Notes under the pieces: model-generated
What the model saw: the letters and a program-made list of their open reading frames with translations, nothing else
What the model was told of the DNA's origin: nothing
Database searches by the model: none
Shown here: piece after piece, positions 20,688 to 30,340 of the stretch
How positions within the stretch are numbered: the first letter of the stretch is position 1
How the letters are laid out: each line of letters opens with the position of its first letter
Assembly: GCA_965203315.1 (NCBI GenBank)
Contig: OZ241857.1
Coordinates: forward strand, 1,472,001 to 1,536,000
Direction: 5' to 3'
From: Nitrosopumilus sp.
Lineage (GTDB): Archaea > Thermoproteota > Nitrososphaeria > Nitrososphaerales > Nitrosopumilaceae
Length of the DNA stretch: 64,000 nt
Position numbers and translations under genes: made by a program

Positions 20688-21647
20688 ATGTTGCCCAAGT
20701 TTGCCAGTCGCGCATTTCTTGCCCCGATGGCAGGAGTAAGCGATCCCGCATTAAGACTGCAATGTAAGATGATGGGTGCCGGCCTAGTTGTAACAGAACT
20801 TACTAGTATACACAGTATAGTTGCACGATATCAGAGGTTGGAATCAGATCAGAATATCTCTAACTTTATCGAGTTTGATCCTAAAGAACGTCCACTGTCA
20901 ATTCAGCTCTTTGGCTCTGATCTAGAGGCATTATCACAAGCAGCCAAGATAGTTGAACCGTTCTTTGATATCATTGACTATAATATGGGATGTCCGGCGC
21001 CCCACATAACACAACAGATGGCAGGAGCTGCACTCCTTCAAGAGGCCGATCTAACTCGGCAGATCTTTGAGACCTTGGTTGATGCTGTGCGACTACCCAT
21101 AACACTCAAGATTCGTGCTGGTATTACAGACGATACTAGACATCTCTTTCGCGACATATCAAAGATAGCAGAGGATCAAGGAGTCGAGATGATCACACTG
21201 CATCCTAGAACAGTTTATCAGGGATACTCTGGTAGGGCTGATTGGAATCTTATTCGTGAACTCAAAAGTATAACCGACATACCAATAGTTGGTAATGGAG
21301 ATATCACTACACCAGAGGATGCAGCTAGAATGATAAATCATACAAGATGTGATTATGTGATGATAGGGCGTGCTGCCATGGGAAATCCATTTCTGTTTGA
21401 GCAGATAAACGACTATCTCAATACGGGCACTTATAAAAAATATGCCAATACAGATCGACTAGATGCATTCTTTGATTATCTAGATATATCTCGTAGATAT
21501 CGTATTAAATTTTCAAATATTAAAGGACAGGCAATACGATTCACCAAAGGATTACAACACGGATCAAAGATACGTTCTCTAATAACACATACTACAAGTA
21601 TTGACGAGTTACAAGACGTAATGCGTACAGCACTCTCTCTGATATGA
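20688..21647 (+). CDS. dus: tRNA-dihydrouridine synthase (DusB-like)
   Basis: LAPMAGVSD, QLFGSD, NMGCP, KIRAG, HPRT, GNGDI, MIGRAAMGNP. Confidence 0.93.
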   Translation: MLPKFASRAFLAPMAGVSDPALRLQCKMMGAGLVVTELTSIHSIVARYQRLESDQNISNFIEFDPKERPLSIQLFGSDLEALSQAAKIVEPFFDIIDYNMGCPAPHITQQMAGAALLQEADLTRQIFETLVDAVRLPITLKIRAGITDDTRHLFRDISKIAEDQGVEMITLHPRTVYQGYSGRADWNLIRELKSITDIPIVGNGDITTPEDAARMINHTRCDYVMIGRAAMGNPFLFEQINDYLNTGTYKKYANTDRLDAFFDYLDISRRYRIKFSNIKGQAIRFTKGLQHGSKIRSLITHTTSIDELQDVMRTALSLI

Positions 21648-21959
21648 TTACTATCTTTTATTATACATTCAAGTCACTCGATACTCACAATGATCTCTAT
21701 AACTAGACATAAAACTGAATTTTGATCAGTTTTTTAATTTAGCAGTTTTGGACAAAATTCTCAATTTTACAAAATATGAAAATTGTCGTGTATTGTTTAT
21801 TGTAAATTACTATACGTTACAGAATGTGTATTGTTTGAGATGGTGTCATCTAGATCTCAACTATCCCTAGAACCGCGAACTTATTTATGTCCTAGATTAG
21901 ACTGTATGCGTATTTCATATCAACATGTCTAAACATGATGAGACTTTGGCAGAGATTCA

Positions 21960-22076
21960 AGATCTTTTCGATTTATGTAGGATGACATTTCGTAAGATTT
22001 TTCCATAATTTTCATCTATGGGCTCTCGCAGTGCTTTTTCTGTAACCGTTCTATCCCACGTAAACCGAAAAGATCC
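21960..22076. mobile_element. IS6-derived MITE copy 1
   Basis: Ends aGATCTTTTCGATTTATGT ... ACGTAAACCGAAAAGATCC match the TIR of the IS at 38541-40040. Confidence 0.85.
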
Positions 22077-22117
22077 CACTACACAATATATATAAGCACA
22101 CTACCTGTAATAGTGTT

Positions 22118-22462
22118 ATGTCTACTATGACGATGAGCCAAAGTAATTACTCAAAGTTTTCGCCGTCGTACAAGCAATCTGCTTCATCGTACACCACAAT
22201 CAATTATGTTGAGCATAAAGAGATCGTATCAGACCCAATCATTGTGTCATCACTATCAATTACAGACAAACTCGATATCGATCATTTTGCATTAATGCCT
22301 GTATATGTAACTCAAGATAGTGACGGTGAGTGTCTAGTATACAAGTCATCCGCAATGGAACTAAACAAACCATATTTTGTAGTTTGGAATGGAGAACATT
22401 TTTGTCTAGTAAAAACAGACTCAGATATAGCAGTATACAGACACGAGCCAGATGAGAAATGA
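22118..22462 (+). CDS. Hypothetical protein (cassette gene 1)
   Basis: TATATATAAG about 25 bp upstream; ATGA overlap with the next gene. Confidence 0.7.
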   Translation: MSTMTMSQSNYSKFSPSYKQSASSYTTINYVEHKEIVSDPIIVSSLSITDKLDIDHFALMPVYVTQDSDGECLVYKSSAMELNKPYFVVWNGEHFCLVKTDSDIAVYRHEPDEK

Positions 22463-22668
22463 GTAAAGAATTCGAAATCTCAGCATCACTTTCGTCAGAA
22501 TTGGGTTTAAGTGGAAAATTCAAACGCGTTGATAGCTTTCCTTATATACTTACTCCGTGTCAACATTTGATAAATGAGAAAAAAAGATTATTTAGACATT
22601 CTACAATAATCACCATTCATGGAAAAGATGATGGGAGTACAAAAATTAATCAAACTCGGGTGGATTAA
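22459..22668 (+). CDS. Hypothetical protein (cassette gene 2)
   Basis: 69 aa, coupled to both neighbours. Confidence 0.65.
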   Translation: MSKEFEISASLSSELGLSGKFKRVDSFPYILTPCQHLINEKKRLFRHSTIITIHGKDDGSTKINQTRVD

Positions 22669-22670
22669 CA

Positions 22671-23129
22671 GTGTCAGAGTCTATAGAAAAAATTAATCAA
22701 GATATAGCGAATATGGGTTATGTGGTGGTCACACCTATAAAACCAATAGTGCCTAGTTTTTACAAACTTGAAGATGGTACGATTTTAAGTGCGTTGATTA
22801 AAGTTGATCATTTATTACAAAATGATCGTAAATCAGATATTCTGAGTGTACATACGACTACAGAAATTTATGTATTTGTGCCTCCAGAGAAACGAGATAC
22901 CCCAAATGAACAAAGAAAGCCAACACAAAACGTCAACATAATTAATAATGATGTCACATGCACACCTCTGAGAGAAGAATATAATGTATATGAGTTAAAC
23001 AAAAATTTGGTATTGAGCATAAAGACAATAGTTGGTCAAGTAGTCAAAACAGATCAGGTTAGTCAACAGGGTGAACCAATTTATAATGTACAAGTACAAC
23101 ATGTATCTAAAATCAATCCACATAACTAG
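22671..23129 (+). CDS. Hypothetical beta-rich protein with apparent internal duplication (cassette gene 3)
   Basis: YKLEDGTIL... and EEYNVYEL...GEPIYNVQ half-repeats. Confidence 0.7.
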   Translation: MSESIEKINQDIANMGYVVVTPIKPIVPSFYKLEDGTILSALIKVDHLLQNDRKSDILSVHTTTEIYVFVPPEKRDTPNEQRKPTQNVNIINNDVTCTPLREEYNVYELNKNLVLSIKTIVGQVVKTDQVSQQGEPIYNVQVQHVSKINPHN

Positions 23130-23592
23130 ATCACTTCATCCATTGTGCATCCATAAATGACTTGACTATTGTTTTTGTTAGGAAAACATACTAAGCATAA
23201 ATTATACCAATACGCAAAAGCATTTCCCAAGTAGATCGTAGAATGACATGTTTGTAGTTATGAATACGTCTTTACGGAAATCAAAAGGACATCATTTGAA
23301 CGATTTTGCTTATAGAAATAACATATACGTTGTCGTCATTACAAGATGAGTACGTCCATAAAAAGTACATATACGTTCTTTTGTTGTTGTCTTGGAAAAT
23401 ACTTTTGCGCATTGCTATATTATGAGACATTTGAAGATATGGACGCCGCAGTTTTGGATTATCCAGCAAATACACCGCACAATCTGGACATTTTAAAGTA
23501 TTTCCACAGAGATAATAACCTAAAATTACTTATTCCGAGCACTATATGTATGTTTAAATAACATGACTAAAACAGAATAGAGTGGATGCCTT

Positions 23593-24915
23593 ATGCTCAG
23601 TCGATATTTAAAAGAAAAAATTACTGAAGAGCTATTATTGGATGACGAGCCAAAAGAGGGTAACTTGGACTTCAATTTTGACAAATATGCAGAGCAGATA
23701 TTTGATATTCTAAAAAGTGAAGACATGATTAAACCACTTACTATTGGTATTCATGGTGAGTGGGGAAGCGGAAAGACTAGCTTAATGAAGCGAGTGTGCG
23801 AAAAACTAAAAGAACAAACTAATTATAAAAGTATATGGTTTAATGCGTGGAAGTATGAAAAAATTGGTATCACCTCATCTCTTCTACAAAAGATTACAAA
23901 AGAGATCAAAGGTAATGAGTATTTTAAAAAAAATATCGAGTTTTTTGGATCAATTGCTTTTGACATAACATTTCAAAAGCTTACTGCGGTAAACTTCACG
24001 GATTTACAAAAGCGACACAAAGAAATATTTAATAACGTAGATGAACAATTTCATGAAAACATAAAAAAAATTATCGGAAAAGAAAGAGTTGTTATTTTTG
24101 TAGATGAATTAGATCGATGTAGAACAGATAATATACTTACTATATTAGAGTCTATAAAACTATTCATGTTGGTGGATAATATAACATTCGTAATAGCAGC
24201 TGATATGTCTAAAATAGAACGAGCGTGGACATTAAAGTACAATTCCAAAGAAGGTCACGCCGAGGGCATTGAGTATGTGGAAAAGTTTTTCCAATTAAAA
24301 TTAAACATACCGCCAAAATCATCCGAAGAACTAAGGTCATATATTAAAAAGCTTGTAAAAATACTTGATGAAGAAAACATTGAATGGTTAATTAAAAACT
24401 CACCACCAAACCCCAGAAAAATAAAAAGAATGTTAAATCTCTTGTATTTTGCGCTAAAAAATTTTGATGGCGAAGATATGTATGAGAATAACATAGCATG
24501 TGATTTTGATGAATATTTCAAAATATTAACAATATGGATTGCTATATCTCTTCATCATCCAACCATCATAAAGAATATTAAGTCATCAGTTTCATTATTT
24601 AATGTTGCTCAAAGTTGTTTTTTAACTCAATCGTTGTCAGTACTAAAAGATGAATTTGAACGAAACGAGAATTCCAAAAAGAATAAGACAAAAGAAAATC
24701 AGACTATTATAGATCAGCCGACATCAAACCTCACAAGCGGATTTGATCCTATGGAATATGAAATTATAAAATATGTTGTTAATGATGACAACAATGCATA
24801 TGAAATATTAAAACATCTCGGTGACACGTTGATCAATTCTGACAATCAAAATAAAATACAACGTAATTGTGATTTATTAGAATACATAATTACCAACACA
24901 AAGATGATTAGTTAG
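23593..24915 (+). CDS. KAP-family P-loop NTPase
   Basis: IGIHGEWGSGKTS, WFNAWKY, VIFVDELDRC, YVEKFFQ, NPRKIKR. Confidence 0.92.
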   Translation: MLSRYLKEKITEELLLDDEPKEGNLDFNFDKYAEQIFDILKSEDMIKPLTIGIHGEWGSGKTSLMKRVCEKLKEQTNYKSIWFNAWKYEKIGITSSLLQKITKEIKGNEYFKKNIEFFGSIAFDITFQKLTAVNFTDLQKRHKEIFNNVDEQFHENIKKIIGKERVVIFVDELDRCRTDNILTILESIKLFMLVDNITFVIAADMSKIERAWTLKYNSKEGHAEGIEYVEKFFQLKLNIPPKSSEELRSYIKKLVKILDEENIEWLIKNSPPNPRKIKRMLNLLYFALKNFDGEDMYENNIACDFDEYFKILTIWIAISLHHPTIIKNIKSSVSLFNVAQSCFLTQSLSVLKDEFERNENSKKNKTKENQTIIDQPTSNLTSGFDPMEYEIIKYVVNDDNNAYEILKHLGDTLINSDNQNKIQRNCDLLEYIITNTKMIS

Positions 24916-24963
24916 ATTTTAGAATCTCTCAATGCTCGTAAAAAATAACTTTATTTAAAATCA

Positions 24964-25030
24964 GAGAATTTAGTCAGATTTGACCCATCACGCATCATAT
25001 GTGTCTGAAAATGACTTTCGCACGAACTCC
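24964..25030 (-). mobile_element. Isolated inverted copy of the left 67 bp of the ISL2-like element
   Basis: Near-perfect reverse complement of 25129-25195. Confidence 0.85.
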
Positions 25031-25128
25031 AAAGTATAAAAACATACATACTATTTTACTCCAATCTGACTTTTTAAAATTATGTTAAATGAAAAACTGA
25101 ACAATTATTGAGAGACTCGACATGCTAG

Positions 25129-26669
25129 GGAGTTCATGCGAAAGTCATTTTCAGGCACATATGATGCGTGATGGGTCAAATCTGACTAAATTCTCCGAGT
25201 TATTGCGGGTTTCGTGTATGTGAGGAGGAGTAAAAAATTAACCAAAAATAGAATACGCAACAAGACAATTTTTTAAGACACTCTATGGTAAATACCAATT
25301 TGAATAAACAAGAGTATGGCTAACTCGAACAAGGAACTAGTGCTTGAACAACGACTCAAAGCAGCCGAAGAACGTGCAGATATAGCAGAAGAACAGCTCA
25401 AAGCAGCAAAAAAAGAACTCGAGCTCCCTCCATGTAAGAATATCCTTAGCAATGAAAAGACTCTATGGGAGCATACAAAGCTGGATTTTGACATGTTTAA
25501 CTTTTTGCTCGGCCTGTTTATAGAATGGATACCGGCAGCAGATGTTCACAGACAGTTTCGTAATGTTCTCATAGTACGTGGAAGAATATCCAAACTAACT
25601 CCCGAGTATGCCATGCTCTTGGCAATTCTGAGGCTGGTAAGTGGTCACAGTCAGTGCCATCTTGCCAGTAGATTTGGCATAGATCAGAGTAATGTGTCCC
25701 GGTACTGTACATACATGAATCAGTTTTTTCAAAGTTTGGGTTTTTCGCCAGACGAGTTGGCAAATGCGATAAGTAAATGCAAGACAAAGAAAGAGCTTGC
25801 AAAATGGGTAAAGGATCACACATTCTTGTTCGATGGATCACACACTCGTGTTCCAACACCCGTAGATAGAGAGATACGCAATGACTACAAATCAGGCAAA
25901 AAAAAGATGCATACGATAAATACGCTATTGATGTGTACAAAAGAGAGACTGATAGTACATGTGTCTCCTACGTTTCCTGGTAAGACACACGATTTCAGCA
26001 TATTCAAAGAGCTCAAACTGAATCTTGGCAAGTGGTCCATGTCATTAACAGATCCAAATACTCCACTTCGCCAAAGACTGTACATTCTAGTAGATCTGGG
26101 ATTCCTAGGGATTCGAGATATCTTTGTAGGTGCAAAGATAGGCATAAAATACAAGAAACCCAAAGGTGGGCAACTCACAAAAGAACAAGAGATATACAAC
26201 AAAAAGATAGACAGTGAACGCGCCACAGTAGAACACGTAGTTGGATGTGTAAAGCAGTTTAAACTCTTGTTCAACATGTTCCGAGGAGATGACGACCAAT
26301 ACAACGATGCCTTCAAGATGGCATCTACACTGGTCAACTATCACGTTCTTTGGGATCATGAACACGGCAGACCTAGTCCTAGATTAGAAGAGCTTGTTGC
26401 AGCATGGAGAGTAAAGATAAACCGTAAAAAACAGGCTAAACTAAAAAAGATGAAATTATCTCACCGCATAGTTGCGTAAATAATACGCACCAACATTGTG
26501 ATTTATAGAATGATATTGTAAGATATCAAGGTATAATTCACTGTTTTGACTCTGCGTACATGCATAATCGTACAATTCCACAGATCACAAACCTGAGATC
26601 ACTTTATAATTTGGAATGTCTTTGTTGCTAGGTGTCCAGAGTCTTCAAAACGACTTTCGCATGAACTCC
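25129..26669 (+). mobile_element. IS5-family (ISL2-like, DDE_Tnp_4) insertion sequence, 1541 bp
   Basis: Perfect 18-bp TIR GGAGTTCATGCGAAAGTC; 3-bp TSD TAG. Confidence 0.92.
25316..26479 (+). CDS. DDE_Tnp_4 transposase with HTH
   Basis: LASRFGIDQSNVSR, DGSH, SGKKKMHT, GKTHD, VDLGFLG, ERATVEH. Confidence 0.92.
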   Translation: MANSNKELVLEQRLKAAEERADIAEEQLKAAKKELELPPCKNILSNEKTLWEHTKLDFDMFNFLLGLFIEWIPAADVHRQFRNVLIVRGRISKLTPEYAMLLAILRLVSGHSQCHLASRFGIDQSNVSRYCTYMNQFFQSLGFSPDELANAISKCKTKKELAKWVKDHTFLFDGSHTRVPTPVDREIRNDYKSGKKKMHTINTLLMCTKERLIVHVSPTFPGKTHDFSIFKELKLNLGKWSMSLTDPNTPLRQRLYILVDLGFLGIRDIFVGAKIGIKYKKPKGGQLTKEQEIYNKKIDSERATVEHVVGCVKQFKLLFNMFRGDDDQYNDAFKMASTLVNYHVLWDHEHGRPSPRLEELVAAWRVKINRKKQAKLKKMKLSHRIVA

Positions 26670-26808
26670 TAGGTATAAAACACCACATTCTACATTTGAG
26701 AATCTTTACTCATCAAAATCCACACCATCTCGTATAGACAAATACATCGTATCAAATAGTTCATATTGCCTAGTTACTTTTTTAACCTAGACTAGTGTAT
26801 AGTCTAAT

Positions 26809-27276
26809 ATGCTAACTAAGAGAACCATCATTGGTCTTATAGTGGGATCGATCATAATAGGCATAGGTATAGCCGCATTTGTACAACATTTGGGAATAAT
26901 CACGATCAACGAGTCTCACTTTGTTAGCCCTGGCGATTCTACCTTTTACACAATTCCAGCTCCTGCTGGCTTGAATCAGATGATGAATCTAACAGGCGAT
27001 ACCTTCAACATCACACTGTCTAGCCCTGGCGACGGTCTACAGATATCAGATACCAGCTATAAAGACTCTCACATTCTAGAATGGACTCATGTAGAAGAGG
27101 GCCAAACCAACATCAAAGTTACCAATACAGGCAGCACAGATCTAGAGATTACGGGTGTTATTCAACGTAGCTCTGATCCAATATGGTTCACATATGATCT
27201 TATGGTTATAATATCTGGAATTGTCATAATTGGGTTTAGTATGGGCTTTACACTTCGTAAACCAAAAGGATTCTAA
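26809..27276 (+). CDS. Conserved membrane protein (two terminal TM helices)
   Basis: Hydrophobic N- and C-terminal segments. Confidence 0.8.
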   Translation: MLTKRTIIGLIVGSIIIGIGIAAFVQHLGIITINESHFVSPGDSTFYTIPAPAGLNQMMNLTGDTFNITLSSPGDGLQISDTSYKDSHILEWTHVEEGQTNIKVTNTGSTDLEITGVIQRSSDPIWFTYDLMVIISGIVIIGFSMGFTLRKPKGF

Positions 27277-28085
27277 ACTTTTGCTGCTTTATACGAGCCT
27301 AAAACTTTGATAAATATTGCATCCTTTTGTATATTGGATAGCATTGCAGCTATCTTGGGATCGGATTCATGCCCTTCAAAGTCTACATAAAAATTATACT
27401 CCCACGTATTCTTTTTTGTAGGTCTAGACTCAATCTTTGTCAGGTTTACATTGTTTGCATGAAAGTTGGCAATTATTCTGTATAGAGATCCAGGTTCATG
27501 CTTTATAGAGAATATGATGGATGTCTTGTCATTGTGTGTACTGGATGTTTTATTGTCTGACAAAATCAGAAATCTTGTATAGTTGTTGAGATTGTCTGCA
27601 ATCTCTCTAGCAATTATTGGTATATTGTATATCTTAGCAGCTGTCTCACTTGCAATAGCGGCACATTTAGACGTCTCTAGTTCTTTAATGATCTTTACAC
27701 TGCCAGCTGTGTCATATGCAGGTATGGTCTTGAACTGGTGTTTCTCTATAAATCGTCTACACTGCCCCAATGCTTGTGGATGAGAGTATATTGTATCGAT
27801 ATCTTTTATATCCACTTCTCCAATAAGGCAGTGTTCTATCTTGTGATATATCTCGCCTATTACATGTAGTTCGGTTGTATACAACAGATCATAACTCTCT
27901 CCCACACTCCCTTCAATCGAGTTTTCAACAGGAAGTATTGTATACTGTGTTTTTGTACTAGATGTACTTTGCAAGGCATCGGCAAAAGTTGGATGTGATA
28001 TAGTATCTACATCCTGACCAAAGAACATTCTTGCAGCAGCTTCACTATATGCTCCACGTTCACCCTGAAACGAAACCAGAGTCAT
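27273..28085 (-). CDS. pheA: Prephenate dehydratase
   Basis: QGERGAYSE, PVENSIEGSV, SHPQALGQC, NYTRF, LTKIESRP ACT domain. Confidence 0.96.
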   Translation of the reverse strand: MTLVSFQGERGAYSEAAARMFFGQDVDTISHPTFADALQSTSSTKTQYTILPVENSIEGSVGESYDLLYTTELHVIGEIYHKIEHCLIGEVDIKDIDTIYSHPQALGQCRRFIEKHQFKTIPAYDTAGSVKIIKELETSKCAAIASETAAKIYNIPIIAREIADNLNNYTRFLILSDNKTSSTHNDKTSIIFSIKHEPGSLYRIIANFHANNVNLTKIESRPTKKNTWEYNFYVDFEGHESDPKIAAMLSNIQKDAIFIKVLGSYKAAKV

Positions 28086-28093
28086 AGTTATTC

Positions 28094-28639
28094 TCACAAA
28101 TTCATAAAGTCACAACTACCAAAGTTGATTGATAGCTTGCGTTCATCAAACCATGCACATTCGGTACATTTTATACCATCACGAGTCTTTACTACACCTC
28201 CGCCACACTTTCTACACTTTGTGTATAGTACTCCTAGTTCTGGTTCACTGATAGTTGCATGGATCGTTCCATTTAGATGATTTAAAATCTTTAATGTGAC
28301 GATATCATTTACTAGAGCAATATTCTTACGTCGAATATTCTTTGTACTGCATATGCATTCTACCTTTGACTTTGTTGGTATCCCATTGATAAAGTCGATC
28401 GAGACTGCGATCATCGAGGACATCACTGCTGCTACTGTTCCAGTTACAATATCTCCTACTCTTGGAACAGATATTTGCTTTGGATGTACAATACTTGCAA
28501 CTCTGGCGTCTAGATCTATGTGTTTTACACCTACAGCAGATGCTCTCACCATGTTACCGTCATCAAATGTATTGTATCCTGCTTCATACTCTTCGATGGA
28601 TGCTATCTCGTCACCTGGCAACATTATATTATCAGACAT
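28094..28639 (-). CDS. csl4: Exosome RNA-binding subunit Csl4
   Basis: LPGDEIASIEEY, S1 domain, LGVLYTKCRKCG..CTEC..ERKLS. Confidence 0.93.
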   Translation of the reverse strand: MSDNIMLPGDEIASIEEYEAGYNTFDDGNMVRASAVGVKHIDLDARVASIVHPKQISVPRVGDIVTGTVAAVMSSMIAVSIDFINGIPTKSKVECICSTKNIRRKNIALVNDIVTLKILNHLNGTIHATISEPELGVLYTKCRKCGGGVVKTRDGIKCTECAWFDERKLSINFGSCDFMNL

Positions 28640-28995
28640 AACTTGGCTCTCATCCCTTTGATTATAATTGTTTATGCTCCAGTCTTGCTCTAATGGGGAA
28701 TGTATATTGTTATTGATTCGTTGTGATGAGATATGTGATTGCTATGATGTCTGTTCTTTAAATTTTGCATAACTTGGTATCTAGAAATTTAGACTCAGTG
28801 TAAACGAGTGTTCCGACCTACAACAGATCTCCATAGACTTGTCAAATGGTCCACACTGGATGTACATTTATGTTGCATTTTAGTAATCTCGTGGATTCGC
28901 ACACAGTTATCGATCTTGGCCAACTTAGGAGGAACACAACCACTCTTATTTGTCAAACCACAAGATTCAAATATTATGTTTATTTCACAACATCT

Positions 28996-29268
28996 ATGAA
29001 GATTCTAGTTGATGAGATGTATGATGGTTTAGATGAGAAACTTCGAGAACAGGGACATGATGCATATAGTGTCAAGAAACTGATTGCTAGCGGTGAGAAA
29101 TTACAGACTGACTATTCGGTTCTAAACTATGTAAAAGATAACGACATGATCCTTGTGACACAAGATACAGAGAATGGCAAGGCATGTGCTGAAAACGACA
29201 TGAAATGCATCTTGATTGATAGATACTCTGTACTTGACTTTGTACTCAACCAGCTTGAGAATATTTAA
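28996..29268 (+). CDS. DUF5615/Mut7-C PIN-like protein
   Basis: MKILVDEM...D..V...ILVTQD pattern. Confidence 0.8.
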   Translation: MKILVDEMYDGLDEKLREQGHDAYSVKKLIASGEKLQTDYSVLNYVKDNDMILVTQDTENGKACAENDMKCILIDRYSVLDFVLNQLENI

Positions 29269-29768
29269 TTGACATGCGTATTACAGTCTGGTCTTGCCCT
29301 CAAGCAATCAAATACACTATCTATAAAGTCTCGTTCTTTCTGTGATGATATAACTTTCATGATCTCGTGCCAACAATCATCTACTCTCCTAATGATCTGT
29401 CCAAACATCTTGTCTCTCTTGAATGTAGGATAAAACGATAACATTCTCATCATTCCATTGATATCTTCGATAGCATAGATCAGATCAACCACATGTCGTA
29501 ATCTATCGTAAAAGGGAATCCGTTCATCAAGACTAAATTCCTGTGTTGTAACAAATACAGTGTCGATATTATAGTAAATCTCTTCAAGTTGCTCACTTGC
29601 TAGTTTATCATAGTTTATGATCTCATACTCGATGTGTGATTTATCGTATACCGTCTTTTCATCTCCTACTTTCTTGATTGCTCTCTTTGCCAGTTCGGTG
29701 CCCCTTGTTCTACCATTCTCATTCAGGATTCTCATAATCTCTGCTCTGATGATATCCGAACCTTTCAT
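29265..29768 (-). CDS. Hypothetical protein with N-terminal wHTH-like segment
   Basis: EIMRILNENGRTRGTELAKR; ATG at 29768. Confidence 0.65.
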   Translation of the reverse strand: MKGSDIIRAEIMRILNENGRTRGTELAKRAIKKVGDEKTVYDKSHIEYEIINYDKLASEQLEEIYYNIDTVFVTTQEFSLDERIPFYDRLRHVVDLIYAIEDINGMMRMLSFYPTFKRDKMFGQIIRRVDDCWHEIMKVISSQKERDFIDSVFDCLRARPDCNTHVN

Positions 29769-30340
29769 GTACAGTACAGTTGCATATCTATATTTTATAT
29801 AATTTAGGTGCGTGCCACTATCTCGATACACATTCTATAACCTGCCTGAGATTGTTATGTTTGATCATGTATGATAATTGATCTAGATTGCATATGTCGA
29901 TTCTGCCGTATAGATATCCATGGAATATCTATGGAATAGAGCTACATGACACATGCCTTGACGACTCAACTGGCATGTACATCAATGATACAATCGATCT
30001 TGAGTTATGTATGGTCTTACATGTATGGCCTTGGATTTTCCTCTAATATCATCATACACCTCACTCGTATCTTTTATCAATTCGACTCTTTGGATATCTC
30101 ACCGGCGGCTCTACAGGATCGTCTCCAATATCTGCTCTGGGGTCAAAGAAGAGGTTTGTATCAACAGTAAACAGAGCTCGTCTGGCTCTCTCGTTGATTG
30201 GAATATTTGGATAATCATACCGCCGAGCCAAAAATTTTGTCATCATGGGAGTTATCTCAGCCATGTTCCCAGAGGGCAAGATCGTATAATCGATCTCTGT
30301 AGAACGATACTCTAATACTCCGTGTTTAGTTCCCATGCGT

